Below are positions 52,001 through 63,300 of a stretch of 64,000 nucleotides of DNA, piece after piece. This DNA is from Rhynchopus sp. YZ270_cl-10 (Eukaryota), in assembly GCA_964035575.1 (NCBI GenBank), contig OZ037845.1, forward strand, positions 62,001 through 126,000. Direction: 5' to 3'. The translations under genes and the position numbers were made by a program. Positions within the stretch are counted from its first letter, which is position 1; every line of letters begins with the position of its first letter. The notes under the pieces are model-generated. The model worked only from the letters and a program-made list of their open reading frames with translations. It had not been told where the DNA came from and did no database searches.

Positions 52001-55000
52001 ACACCACCGGCACCGCCACACGGGCCTGCAAGAACACCAACCGATGATGAAAGCGTCCCCTCCGCACTCGTGCCATGAAGTGGCAGCGTGAGCATCACGC
52101 TCGCCACTGCCACACTCGGCACCACCATACTCGCCAGAGATGGATTCGCTGTCTGCGATGCAACCACTGCGTCGTTCTTGCGCTTCATCGTGACCAGCTT
52201 TGCCTCCACAGCCGTTGCCGCTGCTGCCATGTTCTCCATGCACGTCTTGTCTGGGAACCTGGTCCCGTACTTGTATCCTGAGCACGTTGTGAACCCGTCT
52301 TGGCATGGCCCCGGTGTGCACACCCTTGGCCAGCAGACGCGCGGCACGCAGACCTCTGGTGTGCAGACCTCAGGGACGCACACCTCCCACCCACAGCACC
52401 CGGTGCAGCCACCTCCTGTGCACACGTTCCCACTGCACTGTCCACCTTCGCAGAACGCGGCCACACACACCTCAGGAGCGCAGATGCGAGGCGTCCAGTA
52501 GCACGTCTGGTAGCGAATCTTCTTCCACCTGCACCCGTATTCGTTCACCCCCTCGTTTGCGTCCACCTCTCTGTGGTTACGTGACCCGCCAATCCCAAAC
52601 GTCCCAGCAAGGTTGTGCACAGCGTCTCCAAGCGCACTGAAGTCCCCACCAGCGAAGTCGTGACCAAGCGAGACAATGTCGCTCAGCCCTGCATCCATCA
52701 GCGCACCCCCAACGTCCGCCAGCACGCCACCGACATCGTCCAGGAAGGGGCCCAGAGTGCTCGCCAGATAGTTCAGCGGCGGGACGTCGAACTGCGCTTT
52801 CACAAAGGTCCACGCATCTGACACCGCCGTCGTTACAGTGTTCCACACATTCTTTGCAACCTGCGCCACATCTTCCGCCACATCCACAACAGCCGCCACC
52901 ACTGCAGCAGGGTTGATGTCGGTCTCCACACTCAAAGAGAACGACGAGTCCAGGAAGTTTGACGTATCCATCGCCGCAGTCCCCGAAATGGTGCTCGTCA
53001 CCCCCAGCACCGACAGCCCCACAGCAAACGAGAGTGTGTCGTCCTGCACCTTCAGCTGCGCCTCCACGCCCACAGCAAAGAGCACGTCGATCCGCGCATC
53101 GAAGATCGCATACGGGTGCGGCACTGCAGCGTCGTAGTCAAACTTCACCTGCCTCACGGTCACCAGCCCGTACAGGAACTCCATATCCGACAGGCCCATG
53201 TGGAACGCTGTGAATTCCCACGGGAAGTACACGTCTGCAGTCGACGCAAGCGCTCCGTTGAAGAGGTTGATCTCCGAGTGGAACGCCAGCTTCTCTGAGT
53301 CGAGCACCAGCGCTACCTCCCCGTACGACTTCAGCAGTGGGATGTCAAACGCGCCCTGGATGTTGACCTCTGCACGCGGCGGGAGGATGTTCATGTCCAC
53401 CAGGAACCGTGCCCCACCTGCTGCCTCCTTGTTCGCATCCAGGTGCGACCCGATGCGCAAGAAGTCGACATTCCCAAACCGGATGAACACAGGGTCCATC
53501 GTTGCGTTGATGTAGAACTGCGACGTGCTGATCGCCACCTCTGCCGCCATCTCCCACCCAACAAAATTCAGGCGCCCTGCAAGCGCAATCCCCTTCGGTA
53601 TAGTCAGCGTGGACGTCCCGAGCACAATGTCCTGCGTCTTCAGCGGACTGAACGAAAGGTACGCATAGCAGTCCATGTCGAGGGTCGTGTGCACAGCGTC
53701 CGCGTCCACCTCAGGGCACGCTGTCGCATAGTCCTTGCTGTACGGGTACAGCCCGGACGCAGCGAACTGCGGCGGCAGTGCCTGCTGGATTCCCTCAAGC
53801 GTCGACGTCACAGCCGACACGTCGACCCCAAGTGCTGCAAACGCCGCCTTCGCCACCGCCAGAGCCTCATCAGACGCCTCGCCGGCAAGCAGCACCAGCC
53901 ACGGCACCTCCTGTGCCGCAAGCTCCGCAATGCCGCCAATCGTCAGGTTCGTCACCATCGCCACAAAGAAGTTGTCCTCAGGCAGCGACGCACTCACCCC
54001 AACATACGCGCGCCCCTCCACGAACGGCTGCGCCTTGTTCTGACAGTTCTCCCGCGACCCGAGGCACACCGCGCCGCCCAGCATGAACCCCGTCGGCAGC
54101 GGCGACTTGACATCCCACTCCATCCCCAGGAACATGTTCCCGATGTGCACGAACGGAATCTTCAACGCCTCGTAGTACCACCCTCCTGCGGTCAGCTTCC
54201 CACGCACCGTCTGCGCCGCAGGCGTCACAATCATGGACAGCTCCCCTTCGAAGTAGACGTCCTTCTGGTCCACAGCCCCGCAGTCCTCGACACACACAAC
54301 CAACGGAAGCGACACCCCAAGCTCCTGCCGCGGCTGGCCCGTGTGAATCAGGTACGCAAACCGCAAGTACGTCGCCGCACCAAACGTGCCCAACGCGTTC
54401 GACACACGGATGTACTTCGCCCTGTCCGTGTCTGCGTCCGTCCCCACGCGCAGCTCCAGCTCCAGATCTCCCTCAAACGTCAGCGACGCAGACACCCCCA
54501 CACGGATGTTCTCCGCCATATCCTTCAGCACCGCCACAAAGTCGCTGTCCGTCTCAGGCAGCAGCACACCCCCGACTGCAGACAGTTTCAGCCTCGACCC
54601 CGTCACCGAGAAGGCCAGCGTCGTGTCCTGCAGCCCCATCGACAGCACAGGTGCCATGATGCTCTGCAGCGTGCTCCCGACACTCGCCACCTCGCCCGAC
54701 GTCGCGAGGTACGCAACACTCCCGATCGTGAGCTCCGCCACATCCACGCTCAGCTCCACGCCGTCGCACGTCTTCGGCGGCCCGACACGTCCCTGCCCGA
54801 TGATCGAAGACAATGTTGTTTTCGTGGGCCCGCACTCCCCTGCACACATGGGCATCACAATCTCGCCCTTTGTCACAATGTCCGAGGACTGCTCGAGGAA
54901 GGCCACCAGCTCCGCTGCTGCTGCTGCGCCATCTGACGTAGCCACTGCCGCCCGACCTGCCGACACGGGGCATGACGTCGCGTCGTAGCCAAGGCTCGCA

Positions 55001-56874
55001 CCGCTGTTAGAGTCTTCCAGGGTGATGGCCTCCGAAAACCCAAACCCGTCCGTAGACGCCACAGCCGCAATGAGTTCTGTCTTCACACTCCGCATCATCT
55101 GCGCGAACATCGCTTTGTTCGTCAGCGCCTCACGCAGGTTGGTCAGTGCCGATGCAGATGCAGTCTTCTTTTTCCCCGCCCCCACGTTTGAGTGTGGGTC
55201 AAACGTGATGCCAAACCCGGCAAACTGAACCCCACGCCACCAGGCATCCGCGTCCACACCCGGCTCGCGCAAACATCCCCAGTGCGGGTGTGCCAGCGTC
55301 ACGTGCAGGTTGGAGATGTGCAGAGCAGAGTTGCGCAGGTACTCGTTTGAGACAGACACCACAAAAGCAAACCCAGAGAAAGACGACGCATCCTTGAACC
55401 AGTCTAGTGAAATGTCCACCGAGTCCCCCACCTCCTTCCAAAAGCCCTTCCTTGCCTCCGTCGAAACCACGTGTGCACGCCGCCCACTCGAGCCAGCTAC
55501 ACACCGCCACGAACCCGACACAAACATACACAAACCCTCGTCCAGGCCGCAGTCCGCGTCGTTGTTGCAAGCAATCCCGCACTCACCACTACCAGACAGG
55601 CACGTCTCCCCAGGCACGCTGCAGTCGCTGTTGCTCATGCACATGGCAGCACCGGGCGCAGGTGTCTTGTCGACACAGAGTCCTCCGTTGCAGTACGCAT
55701 CCAGCCCGCAGCTCGCAGCATCAGCACAGGGCTGCCCTGCCGCAGGCACACACTGCCGCGTCACACAGATCTCCCCCGCTTTTGTGCAGTCTGCCGCCTC
55801 CGTCGCCTTTGTACACTCGCTTGCCAGGCAGCGGTGGTTGTGGCAGAACTGAGTGCCGGGTGTGCACTGCGCATCGCTTGTGCACTCACGCGGCACACAA
55901 CGCTTGTTGTCGAGGCAGACCTCCGACCCAACGTGGCACCCGCTGTCCGAGGCACATGCTGTAGTAGGCTGGCAGCGCTTCGTCCCTGCGATGTCGCACT
56001 TCTGCAGCCCGACGCAGTCGTAGTGCGCATCGCACGCCACCACACAGCGCAGGTTGTCGCACGCCTCCTTCGGTCCGCAGTTTGCTGCGCTCGAGCACAC
56101 ACGCGTGCACTTGTTATCTTCGCAGATCGTCGCCGAACGCGCCTTAGACTTGCAGTCAGCGTCGATAGCACAAGTCTTCTGTCCCTTCTCAAGTGAAAAG
56201 TCGACACCAACACCAACGCCCGTGAACACCTGGTTCGGGTTTGCTGTGTCTACACCCAACGAGAACCCGCCACCTACCGACAGTCCCGCTTTCCAGTTTG
56301 TCGTCAGCTGAAGCTCCCATCCAGGCAGGCCCACACCCAACGACGCTGTGAGCAGTGGGCTTGCAAAGTCGCTCAGCACCCCCGCCGTTCTTTTGCTGTT
56401 ACCTGCGCTCCTGTTCTCCTTCTTCTGCAAGTACTCTGCACGTGCCTGCTGCAATGCGGCCTCGCGCCGTGCCCGGCCTGTGGTCTGGTTGCACACACCC
56501 GTCAACATGTCCATCGCAGGCTCAAGCTGGTCCGTCACCATCTCAATCCCGTCAAACGGTGACCCCGACTCAAAGAACGTCATCATGTCCTCCAGCCCAG
56601 TCTCCAGCTTCGTCTTCAGCTGCCCCAGCACAGCGTCGTCTCTGAAGGCCTCCTCAAACGCGTCTGTGATCCCCAGGTTGTCCATCTTCTCCTCCGCCAG
56701 GCTCATCACAGAGTTCACCACAGTCCCACGGAACTCGTCCAGGTGCTCCTCCAGGTTCTCCGCAAGCACGTTGAGCGTCAGCGGCTCACCTGTGGTCGCT
56801 GTCTCTTCACCTCGCGCACCTGCTGCACACAACGTTACCAGCAACGGCAGCAACACCCTCCTGTGTGTCACCAT
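49012..56874 (-). CDS. Large secreted Cys-rich protein (2620 aa) with EGF-like Cys repeats, HYR-like domains and a duplicated C-terminal module
   Basis: Signal peptide VLLPLLVTLCAAGARG; C-x5-C repeats; FPEDVTI..VVRTWTV and RTWTVADACGN units; 438-bp duplication; no introns. Confidence 0.88.
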   Translation of the reverse strand: MVTHRRVLLPLLVTLCAAGARGEETATTGEPLTLNVLAENLEEHLDEFRGTVVNSVMSLAEEKMDNLGITDAFEEAFRDDAVLGQLKTKLETGLEDMMTFFESGSPFDGIEMVTDQLEPAMDMLTGVCNQTTGRARREAALQQARAEYLQKKENRSAGNSKRTAGVLSDFASPLLTASLGVGLPGWELQLTTNWKAGLSVGGGFSLGVDTANPNQVFTGVGVGVDFSLEKGQKTCAIDADCKSKARSATICEDNKCTRVCSSAANCGPKEACDNLRCVVACDAHYDCVGLQKCDIAGTKRCQPTTACASDSGCHVGSEVCLDNKRCVPRECTSDAQCTPGTQFCHNHRCLASECTKATEAADCTKAGEICVTRQCVPAAGQPCADAASCGLDAYCNGGLCVDKTPAPGAAMCMSNSDCSVPGETCLSGSGECGIACNNDADCGLDEGLCMFVSGSWRCVAGSSGRRAHVVSTEARKGFWKEVGDSVDISLDWFKDASSFSGFAFVVSVSNEYLRNSALHISNLHVTLAHPHWGCLREPGVDADAWWRGVQFAGFGITFDPHSNVGAGKKKTASASALTNLREALTNKAMFAQMMRSVKTELIAAVASTDGFGFSEAITLEDSNSGASLGYDATSCPVSAGRAAVATSDGAAAAAELVAFLEQSSDIVTKGEIVMPMCAGECGPTKTTLSSIIGQGRVGPPKTCDGVELSVDVAELTIGSVAYLATSGEVASVGSTLQSIMAPVLSMGLQDTTLAFSVTGSRLKLSAVGGVLLPETDSDFVAVLKDMAENIRVGVSASLTFEGDLELELRVGTDADTDRAKYIRVSNALGTFGAATYLRFAYLIHTGQPRQELGVSLPLVVCVEDCGAVDQKDVYFEGELSMIVTPAAQTVRGKLTAGGWYYEALKIPFVHIGNMFLGMEWDVKSPLPTGFMLGGAVCLGSRENCQNKAQPFVEGRAYVGVSASLPEDNFFVAMVTNLTIGGIAELAAQEVPWLVLLAGEASDEALAVAKAAFAALGVDVSAVTSTLEGIQQALPPQFAASGLYPYSKDYATACPEVDADAVHTTLDMDCYAYLSFSPLKTQDIVLGTSTLTIPKGIALAGRLNFVGWEMAAEVAISTSQFYINATMDPVFIRFGNVDFLRIGSHLDANKEAAGGARFLVDMNILPPRAEVNIQGAFDIPLLKSYGEVALVLDSEKLAFHSEINLFNGALASTADVYFPWEFTAFHMGLSDMEFLYGLVTVRQVKFDYDAAVPHPYAIFDARIDVLFAVGVEAQLKVQDDTLSFAVGLSVLGVTSTISGTAAMDTSNFLDSSFSLSVETDINPAAVVAAVVDVAEDVAQVAKNVWNTVTTAVSDAWTFVKAQFDVPPLNYLASTLGPFLDDVGGVLADVGGALMDAGLSDIVSLGHDFAGGDFSALGDAVHNLAGTFGIGGSRNHREVDANEGVNEYGCRWKKIRYQTCYWTPRICAPEVCVAAFCEGGQCSGNVCTGGGCTGCCGWEVCVPEVCTPEVCVPRVCWPRVCTPGPCQDGFTTCSGYKYGTRFPDKTCMENMAAAATAVEAKLVTMKRKNDAVVASQTANPSLASMVVPSVAVASVMLTLPLHGTSAEGTLSSSVGVLAGPCGGAGGVQPASAGTVAFNMATEAEFAASVASAQVALAASVSGVLLSKQCGLGADILSEAGKVTYATPTLAPASDYSVLCSQSLHLPAGMPAFASVDARCHAGKVVQMVSATSLSATAFPNRVCGSSFLRVLWKGHDAGVCGGETEEVVQVVTVVPVVIESFPEDVTITNEDSLLPSHTGVPETSACFDGADITYTDVVTASQAECGVWTVVRTWTVEPPVFEECSGTHLQGETRVQKITVRDVAGPAFTRLPEELLYVPFFETWGVKSDIPMSAESLGAGMEAHGMHSYPTTTTSKDSALTITAAAAPESQCRADGLARFTRTWTVADACGNTRTAEQIVVLQHPPAELVATQTRNLHMLFAHSTGVAQGTDVCHAGKVVTGGRRDFVPIHHGDHATDDVCGTGPWDESGCRKLAETVDYVAQVHAVAPVFATFPADTTVDLGSSVEPSVTGWPSVLAFCGTPYTLVHSDAAVVEQACGASTFVRTWKLQPYYIGCGDASAVYDARLTTTRVQVITVRAVPATDVLSAPGAVTAQGVCTQGHYDVSFGASSTARLPVNGDTLSTPALDLTGIDSKLQGMMAFIPQEPLVGGETVTARCCATGGCEVVIAAYSCLPCSVGQDGGISSTLCGLGLQSTPCGAHFGDDGKNMDTFRTFLDADTELSFALNGPTEATAVFVGTVIKHSVVELPPSTTASLLHGIAVFGGTNVHITSDSPTLTYSPQGTMRDNMQAWGDRTYTLSNIPMELQSATYYRPSLVKSIAPGTAISVTGTGWLTMYMIVEVGFGRHGNFPASLPAAGWTEVLAGERPEWVQGVGLQHEMAVYKKHIALTAVVLPPSTTASLVHGIAVFGGTNVHLTSDSPTLTYSPQGTMRDNMQAWGDRTYTLSNIPTELQSATYYRPSLVKSIESGTGIYIAGEGVLTMYMIVEVGHGRHGNFPASLPAAGWTEVLAGERPEWVQGVGLQHEMAVYKKQILLNEPASRAPASEWCPRQQTPFPSCVCPA

Positions 56875-57397
56875 CGTGTCGCCTGTCTCCGTCGGGTACG
56901 TCTCGGTGTGGGTGTGTCTCGCTGGCTTAACTTGTCTTGGTGGTTCTTAAAAACTTTGACTTTTAGTGTATAAATAATCTGTTTTGCGGGGGTGGTGTGG
57001 AAAAGGAAAATATGAGCAGCAGAAATTCTGTGCAACAGAACCGCAGGACTCGAAAAACAGGGCAAAAGCACTGCAGATGTAATGTTATAATGTGATGTTG
57101 TGGTGTTGATGTGAGACCACTAAGACCTGCACTAAGCAGAACATTAAAATGTTGTCAACAGCTTGTCGCCTCCAGTCAACCGGTTCAGCAGGACTATCAG
57201 GTCTTAACAACTGCTCGGATACAATGAACGAAGTAGAGGAAAAGAAAGGAACTATTTTTTTAACACACTCTATATTTTATGTGCCTTTACACATGTGAAG
57301 AAGACAACGTTCGTAAGGCATAAACGCTTGCTCAGCAAAAAAAAATAAAATGGTTGATGAAATACATCACACCGAAGATGTTCTATCTATTCTCTAA

Positions 57398-60300
57398 TCA
57401 CGCAGGTCTTAAGGCTGCAGGGAGAGCGCGACCACGACTCCTGCCTCTCGGTGGGGAAGTCCCACCTTGTCCTTTCGGTGTGCCAGCGAGGAGTGCGCTG
57501 CGGGCCAGAGGCGCACCACGCCCACGTCCACCGGGTGAAGGAGCTCTAGTTTTGCTGTTGACACTCAGCGGCATTTCCTGGGCACGGACAGTTGGGCGTG
57601 TGGTGGCACAAATGTCGCACCGTGTTGCGAAGTCATGATTCTTAAATGTACATGCAGAACATGTCCAGCCTGTGGATGCTTCTCCTACAGGGACAGGAGC
57701 GGCTGGAGCGGCAGAAGCGGCAGGGGGAGCAGGTGGTGCTGTCGGTGTTGCTTGTGGAACGGAAGATGTCCCAAATGAGGATGCAAGTCTCGCAGCAGCA
57801 ACTGAATCTTCTGACTGAAGATGCGATGCGTCCAGTGAAAGCTGTGTCTGAGGAGTAGGCGGTGACTTAGTGGCGGCTCTTCGTGGGAACTTGATCTCCT
57901 TGGACTCCTTCATCATGTACTCAATGTATTTCTGGTTCAACTTTCCTTCAGCATTGTACTTGAAGGCAAGGTAGGTGTAGCAGGCAAGCTCCCACAAGGC
58001 CTTCCCCGCTGACTTCGGTGCACCGTGACCTTTCCGCACTGCAATGGCTGTCTCAATTCCAAGTCTGAGTGCCAACCATGCAGACCTGTCAGCAGCCGTG
58101 AAGTCTATGTTCTTCTCGGTTCGCAGAAGTGTGAATTTGTACCTGCAAAAAGGAAGAATTTGTGGGTCCTTTTTCGTTGCAGCTTCTGCATCTTGGTACC
58201 ATCCATTCACAGATCCGTGCTGGTACTGCACTGCCTGGGTCGATGCCAGAGAGACGCTTTGCCTTGGGTCGGCGTTCTCAGGCTTTGTGTACCACTTCAG
58301 CTCTGTCATGTCCTCTGACAGAATGACCCACCTCAGATGTGACACCGCACCCTCAGTTGTGCTATGTCTTTTGGCCCAAACACCAGAGTGCGCATTTTTG
58401 AGTGATTGCAGGAGCAAGTCTGACATGGCCTCGGAGTCAACTCGCGGGGACTCGGAATACAATTCCCCACTTGCGTCGGATGCTGTGGACCCTTCTTCTT
58501 CGCCTGTAGCACTCGAGCTGCTTGTCGCATGTGTTCGCTCGGAGTACAGCATACTTCCATCGCGGTGGAGGTTAAGATTGTGCGCAGATGGTGAAGGTTG
58601 AAGTGTGACATCAGGCACGTCGTGCTCAACCCCAGCCCACTCTGCCATTTGACAAATCTTCCTCAAGGTTCCCAACTTGTCGGTAGTCGGAAGGTCGGCA
58701 ATCCTGTTGGTGTCTGGGAAGAACAGACGTTTCTCGCCCTGGTACCGCATCTGCTTGAAGTCCGGTCTCGCCTCGCCGTCCAACATGTAGCACATCGTCT
58801 TACCCGCTCCAGAGGAGCTCGCAACAAATTTGATCTCGGCACCGTCGAATGGATCTGCGTACACAATCGGTGTTGGAACGTCTACTGTAACAGTGATGAC
58901 TGGTTGCGGTTCAGACGCTTGTGACACGTGTGACGCTTGTGATTCCTGTGAAACTGCCAACGTGTCGGGTTCGGCTAAGTCCTCAACTGACGGCTCTAGT
59001 GCTGCATCGGCAGCTGTTCCTGGAAGAGACGGTGTCGTTGGGGGGCTGAGGTCGCTGATGTCGGGTTGCTGCATTGCTGGCTCCGTCCTCTGGCCGTCGT
59101 TGGAGGACTTATTTGTTCTGTCAAATTCTGGAAGCTCCAATTCGGGCACAAGGAACCCTGCTGCTGCGGTTGTGTCCCTCATCCGCTCGATGGAACCGGC
59201 GTGGCTGTACTTGACTCCATTTGCAATTTCTTCGTGACTCGCTCCTGCCACGGGACAGAATTTGCAGGACTGGGTTGGCTTTTTGCAGTACGGGCATTGA
59301 ATATGCGCAAGATGTGGCACTCCGGTGGCTGTGCAAAAACCGTGCTGAGTTGGGTCTCGTTCGCAGTCCGGACACGTCAGTAAGGAGCCTCTTATGCTTA
59401 GATGTTGTTCGTAAAGTGAACGCAAACTTCCTGAAGGGTGCTCGCCTCTCAAAGGTGGTTCAACAGCTGCAGGCGTTCCTTCTGCATCTGGCTGCTCTTC
59501 CCCTTCCTGGGTCGCTCTCTTCACGGGGGTGACGACATCCTCAGAAACGACTTTTGGACGTGGGAAACCGCTGTAGGGAGCACTCACCTTCCCCTGCATT
59601 GCCTGGTGGAGAAACTCTTTCTCTGTGTCAAGCCCGCTGTCGTCAGACTCCGCAGGTTTTTTGTCCAGAAACTTCGAGGGCAACACAGCAACACCACCCT
59701 TCCACCCCAACTCACGTTGTTCGTTGGTGCGGACATCTTTGCCAGGTTCGTCACCGTGCATGTTCTTGTGGAAGGCGGGCACTACAACATCGAACATTGC
59801 ATCGAAGCCTTCAGTTGATGTGTCTGCAAATGAAGCGTCAGCAGATCTTGACAGCTCATTCAAAGACTCTGGGTCAACAGCAACTACGTATGAATTGCCA
59901 TGCTCGTCTGTGAAAGCGCTGCCAAACGAATCGTTGTGGGCGTCCTGTCTGGCTTGCTTCACTCTTGTGCGAGCTTGTATCGTGCGGCGCGGCGACTCCC
60001 TCTTGTGACGCTGTGCGTCCATTTCTTGCCTGACCCGTATGCGGCTTGGTGACTCTCGCCTCTCGTCTTCGTGGTCGCTGTGCACCTCCTTCCCCTTGGC
60101 GTACTTCCCACCTTGGATGTGCTGGATGTCTTCACGCATGCGTACATTTGCGTTCACATTTCTTGATTGGTGAATCTTCTCCTTAGGGGTAGGCGACGGG
60201 ACGTGAGGTGCGGCTCTCATAGGTGGGCTGTCTTTCGAATCCCAATACTCGGGTACTGTGCTTCTGTCAGGAGTGCGCCAGTCCCCGTGTGCCTTCGTCG

Positions 60301-63300
60301 GAGTCGGGCTCACCCTTCCCCCGACGCTTGGGAGTGAGAAGTCTTCGATGCCTGCAGAGGGGCTCCTCCGTCGGGGTGGGCTCTCGCTGTAGCTCCTGCC
60401 CGGGGCCTCGATGAGGGAGCTTGGTTGCGTCTTGTGTCGACGCGCTGTGCTGAGTGGCGTTGACGGCTGTGCTGTGGACAAGGGGGTCAAAGGGTCGAAG
60501 GAGTGGTCAGCTCTGGAGGAGGTGGACAGGTCGGCTTGTGTTTCGCTCTTGATAGCAGCAATCTCGCTTTGAATGTTGCGCTTCGTGACCACACGGTCTG
60601 CAGACGTGTACTGGCTGGAATAGCTCGACTGTCCAGCACTGCGACGCCTCTCAGCATTGAGTGGCGTCGCCGTCGACTCGGATGACGAGAGACCTGTCTG
60701 CTCGGTGTGCGTCCTCCCGTCTGAGTCGGACATGAGTTCCCTCCGCACCTCAGGCCTGTGCACGTGGCCGTGCCCCTTGTTGCGACGCACCGTTGTCGGG
60801 TGTCCATCCGCCTCTTCGAAGCCAGTGCGGTGTCTTGTCCTGCTAGATGGGTCTGCCGTTCTGCTCCTGTTGTGCGCATTGGGTGTCGACGGGTGTATCG
60901 TCCCTCTCCTGACACTCTCCTCTCTGCGGTGCTCGTGCCCCTCCAGCGAGGACAGGTTATGCTCACTCAGACGTGCCTCTCTCCTGTCGTGAGAAGTCCC
61001 CCTCCTCACACGGGTCTCTGTCGCGTGTTCGGTCTTCCTCTGGAACGCCTTCGGCACCTCTGCTGGGGACGGCGCACGCTCGTCTGTTCTCTCGTCTAAG
61101 GATCCATCCCACTCACGCTCCTCGCGCTTCTGACCCTTAGTGCCCTGCCTCGTGGGGCGTGGGGGTGGCGGAAGCGAAGACCCTGTGCTGCTTGTGTCCT
61201 TGTACGTGTCATGCTTCGACGCAGACCCGATGGGGACAGAGCTGGAGCTGAGACTGCTCAACCCACTGAGCACATTGTTCTTCTCCTCGCGTCCGTACCT
61301 GCCTTCCCTGCGGTAGCTGCTGTGCGATGTGGAGGACGGCGACAGGGAGCGGATGCGGCGTTTCGATGTGTGCTTCGTTCGCCACTCGGACGACGTGTCT
61401 GAGTCGACAGCCTTGCGCACCTCCCTCCCCTTCTTCTCGTGCTTCCTTTCTGACTGTGGGGTATGGTTGCGCTTACGCGGCGGTGTCTGCGACCGTGCCT
61501 CCTCACGCACACCGTCGAGCAGCTTGTCGCTTGTCTGCACTCCTTTCGTCGACGTCTGGCCACGTCGCTCCCGCCCCGTCGGCACAGAACGCTCCGCAAT
61601 GGTGTCTTGCACCTCCCCAAGGAAGTCGCGCGTGTGCGTGCTTGCAGGTGTGTTGTTCACCTCCGGGAGCGTAAGTGGTGACGTGCTGCGGTGGCGTGTG
61701 TGCACCTGCGGCGTTGCCATGCCTGAACGCTCCTGTGGTGTGTTGTTCCACGTGTCGTGTGGGTCACCCGTCGCCATGTTCACACCACCTGGAGTGAAGT
61801 TTAGGTTCAGGACAACACCCCGCCTCTGTGCCTCGGCGTGGACATGCGACAGGTTGCTCCCGTGTGTCTCCAGCAGGTGTGGTGTGTACGCCGTGGAGCG
61901 CGTTGGAGAGAAGTTGGGTGCGCTGTGGGACGGCGGCAGTTCCTTGCTGAGGTACATGAACGCGTCCTCGCTGTCGTACTCGTTGGAGGGAACCCGCAGC
62001 GGCGAGTTGGGGCGGAACACACGCGGCCGGTGTGTGTCGTCTGTGGAGTCCTCGCTTGTCTGCGCACCTTGCTCTGTTTGTCTGGTAAGCATCTCCTTCT
62101 CCAGCTCCTCCAGATGTTTGAGGTGTGCCAACTCCGATGCCGTGAGTGCACTCTTCGCCTTCACCTCGTCGTAGTACAGCTCCAGCTCTGCGTAGTTGAA
62201 CAGAGCACCACGCCCTTCACGGTTCTTCGCAAAGTCTTGCAGCATCCTCTTCTTCTCCTCCGAGCACGGAAGGGGGGAGCGGTCCCGCTTGGGTGGCGAA
62301 TTGCCCGTGCGCACAGGGGTATGGCGTGGTGTGCGGTTCGCTTTGTCGACAGACTCATCCGAATGTCTCCGCTCTGACTTGCCTGGCCACGGCATCGAAG
62401 TGTTTCTTGACCTGCGGAAACATGGACTTTTCGTGCGCTGCTGTCCTTCTACGGAGCTGAGTGTGCTGGTGAGAACCCTGTCCTTCGGTACAAGATCTGC
62501 GCTGGACAGTGCTGGCGACGAAATGTCTGTATCCAGAGCATTGGAAGCTTTTCCTGAACGCGACCGCCGAACTGACTTCCGCTTTTCCTTGCTTGCCGTC
62601 CTTCTCTCTCTGTTGCTGGGAACGTCTTCACTGGAACTCTGCTTTATTGACGAGTGCGAACGACTTTCACGAGATGAAGTCCTGCCTTGCAGCTCTCTGA
62701 TAGGTGTACGCTTCTCTCTTGGTTGCTTCCGTTCTGGTGTGTCGGTTGTCACTTCTTGGCTCGAGGTCGTGGCTTTGCTTGAGTGTGAACGACTTTCGCG
62801 AGATGCAGTTCTGCCCTGCAACTCTCTCACAGGTGTACGCTTCTCCCTCGGGCGCTTCTGTTCTTGTGTAATTTCTTGGGTAGACGTGGACGCGGAGATG
62901 GAAGTATGCGAACGACTTTCACGAGACGAAGTCCTGCCTTGCAGCTCTCTCACAGGTGTACGCTTCTCTCTTGGCTTCTGTTCTTGTGTAACTTCTTGAC
63001 TAGATGTCGAAGCAGAGATGGAAACGTGCGAACGACTCTCATGAGATGCGGTCCTGCCTGGCATACCCTGCTTCCGTTCTGGTGTGTCTTTTGACAGTTC
63101 TTGGCTCGAGGTCGTGGCTTTGCTTGAGTGTGAACGATGTTCCCGAGAAGCAGTTCTGCCCTGCAACTCTCTCACAGGTGTACGCTTCTCTCTGGGGTGC
63201 TTCAGATCTTGTGGAGCTTCTTGGCTGGACGTGGATGCGGAGATGGAAGCCTTCCGTGAACGGCGTGTTGGCGTTGCGCTCTTGCCTTGCTGTTCTCTGA

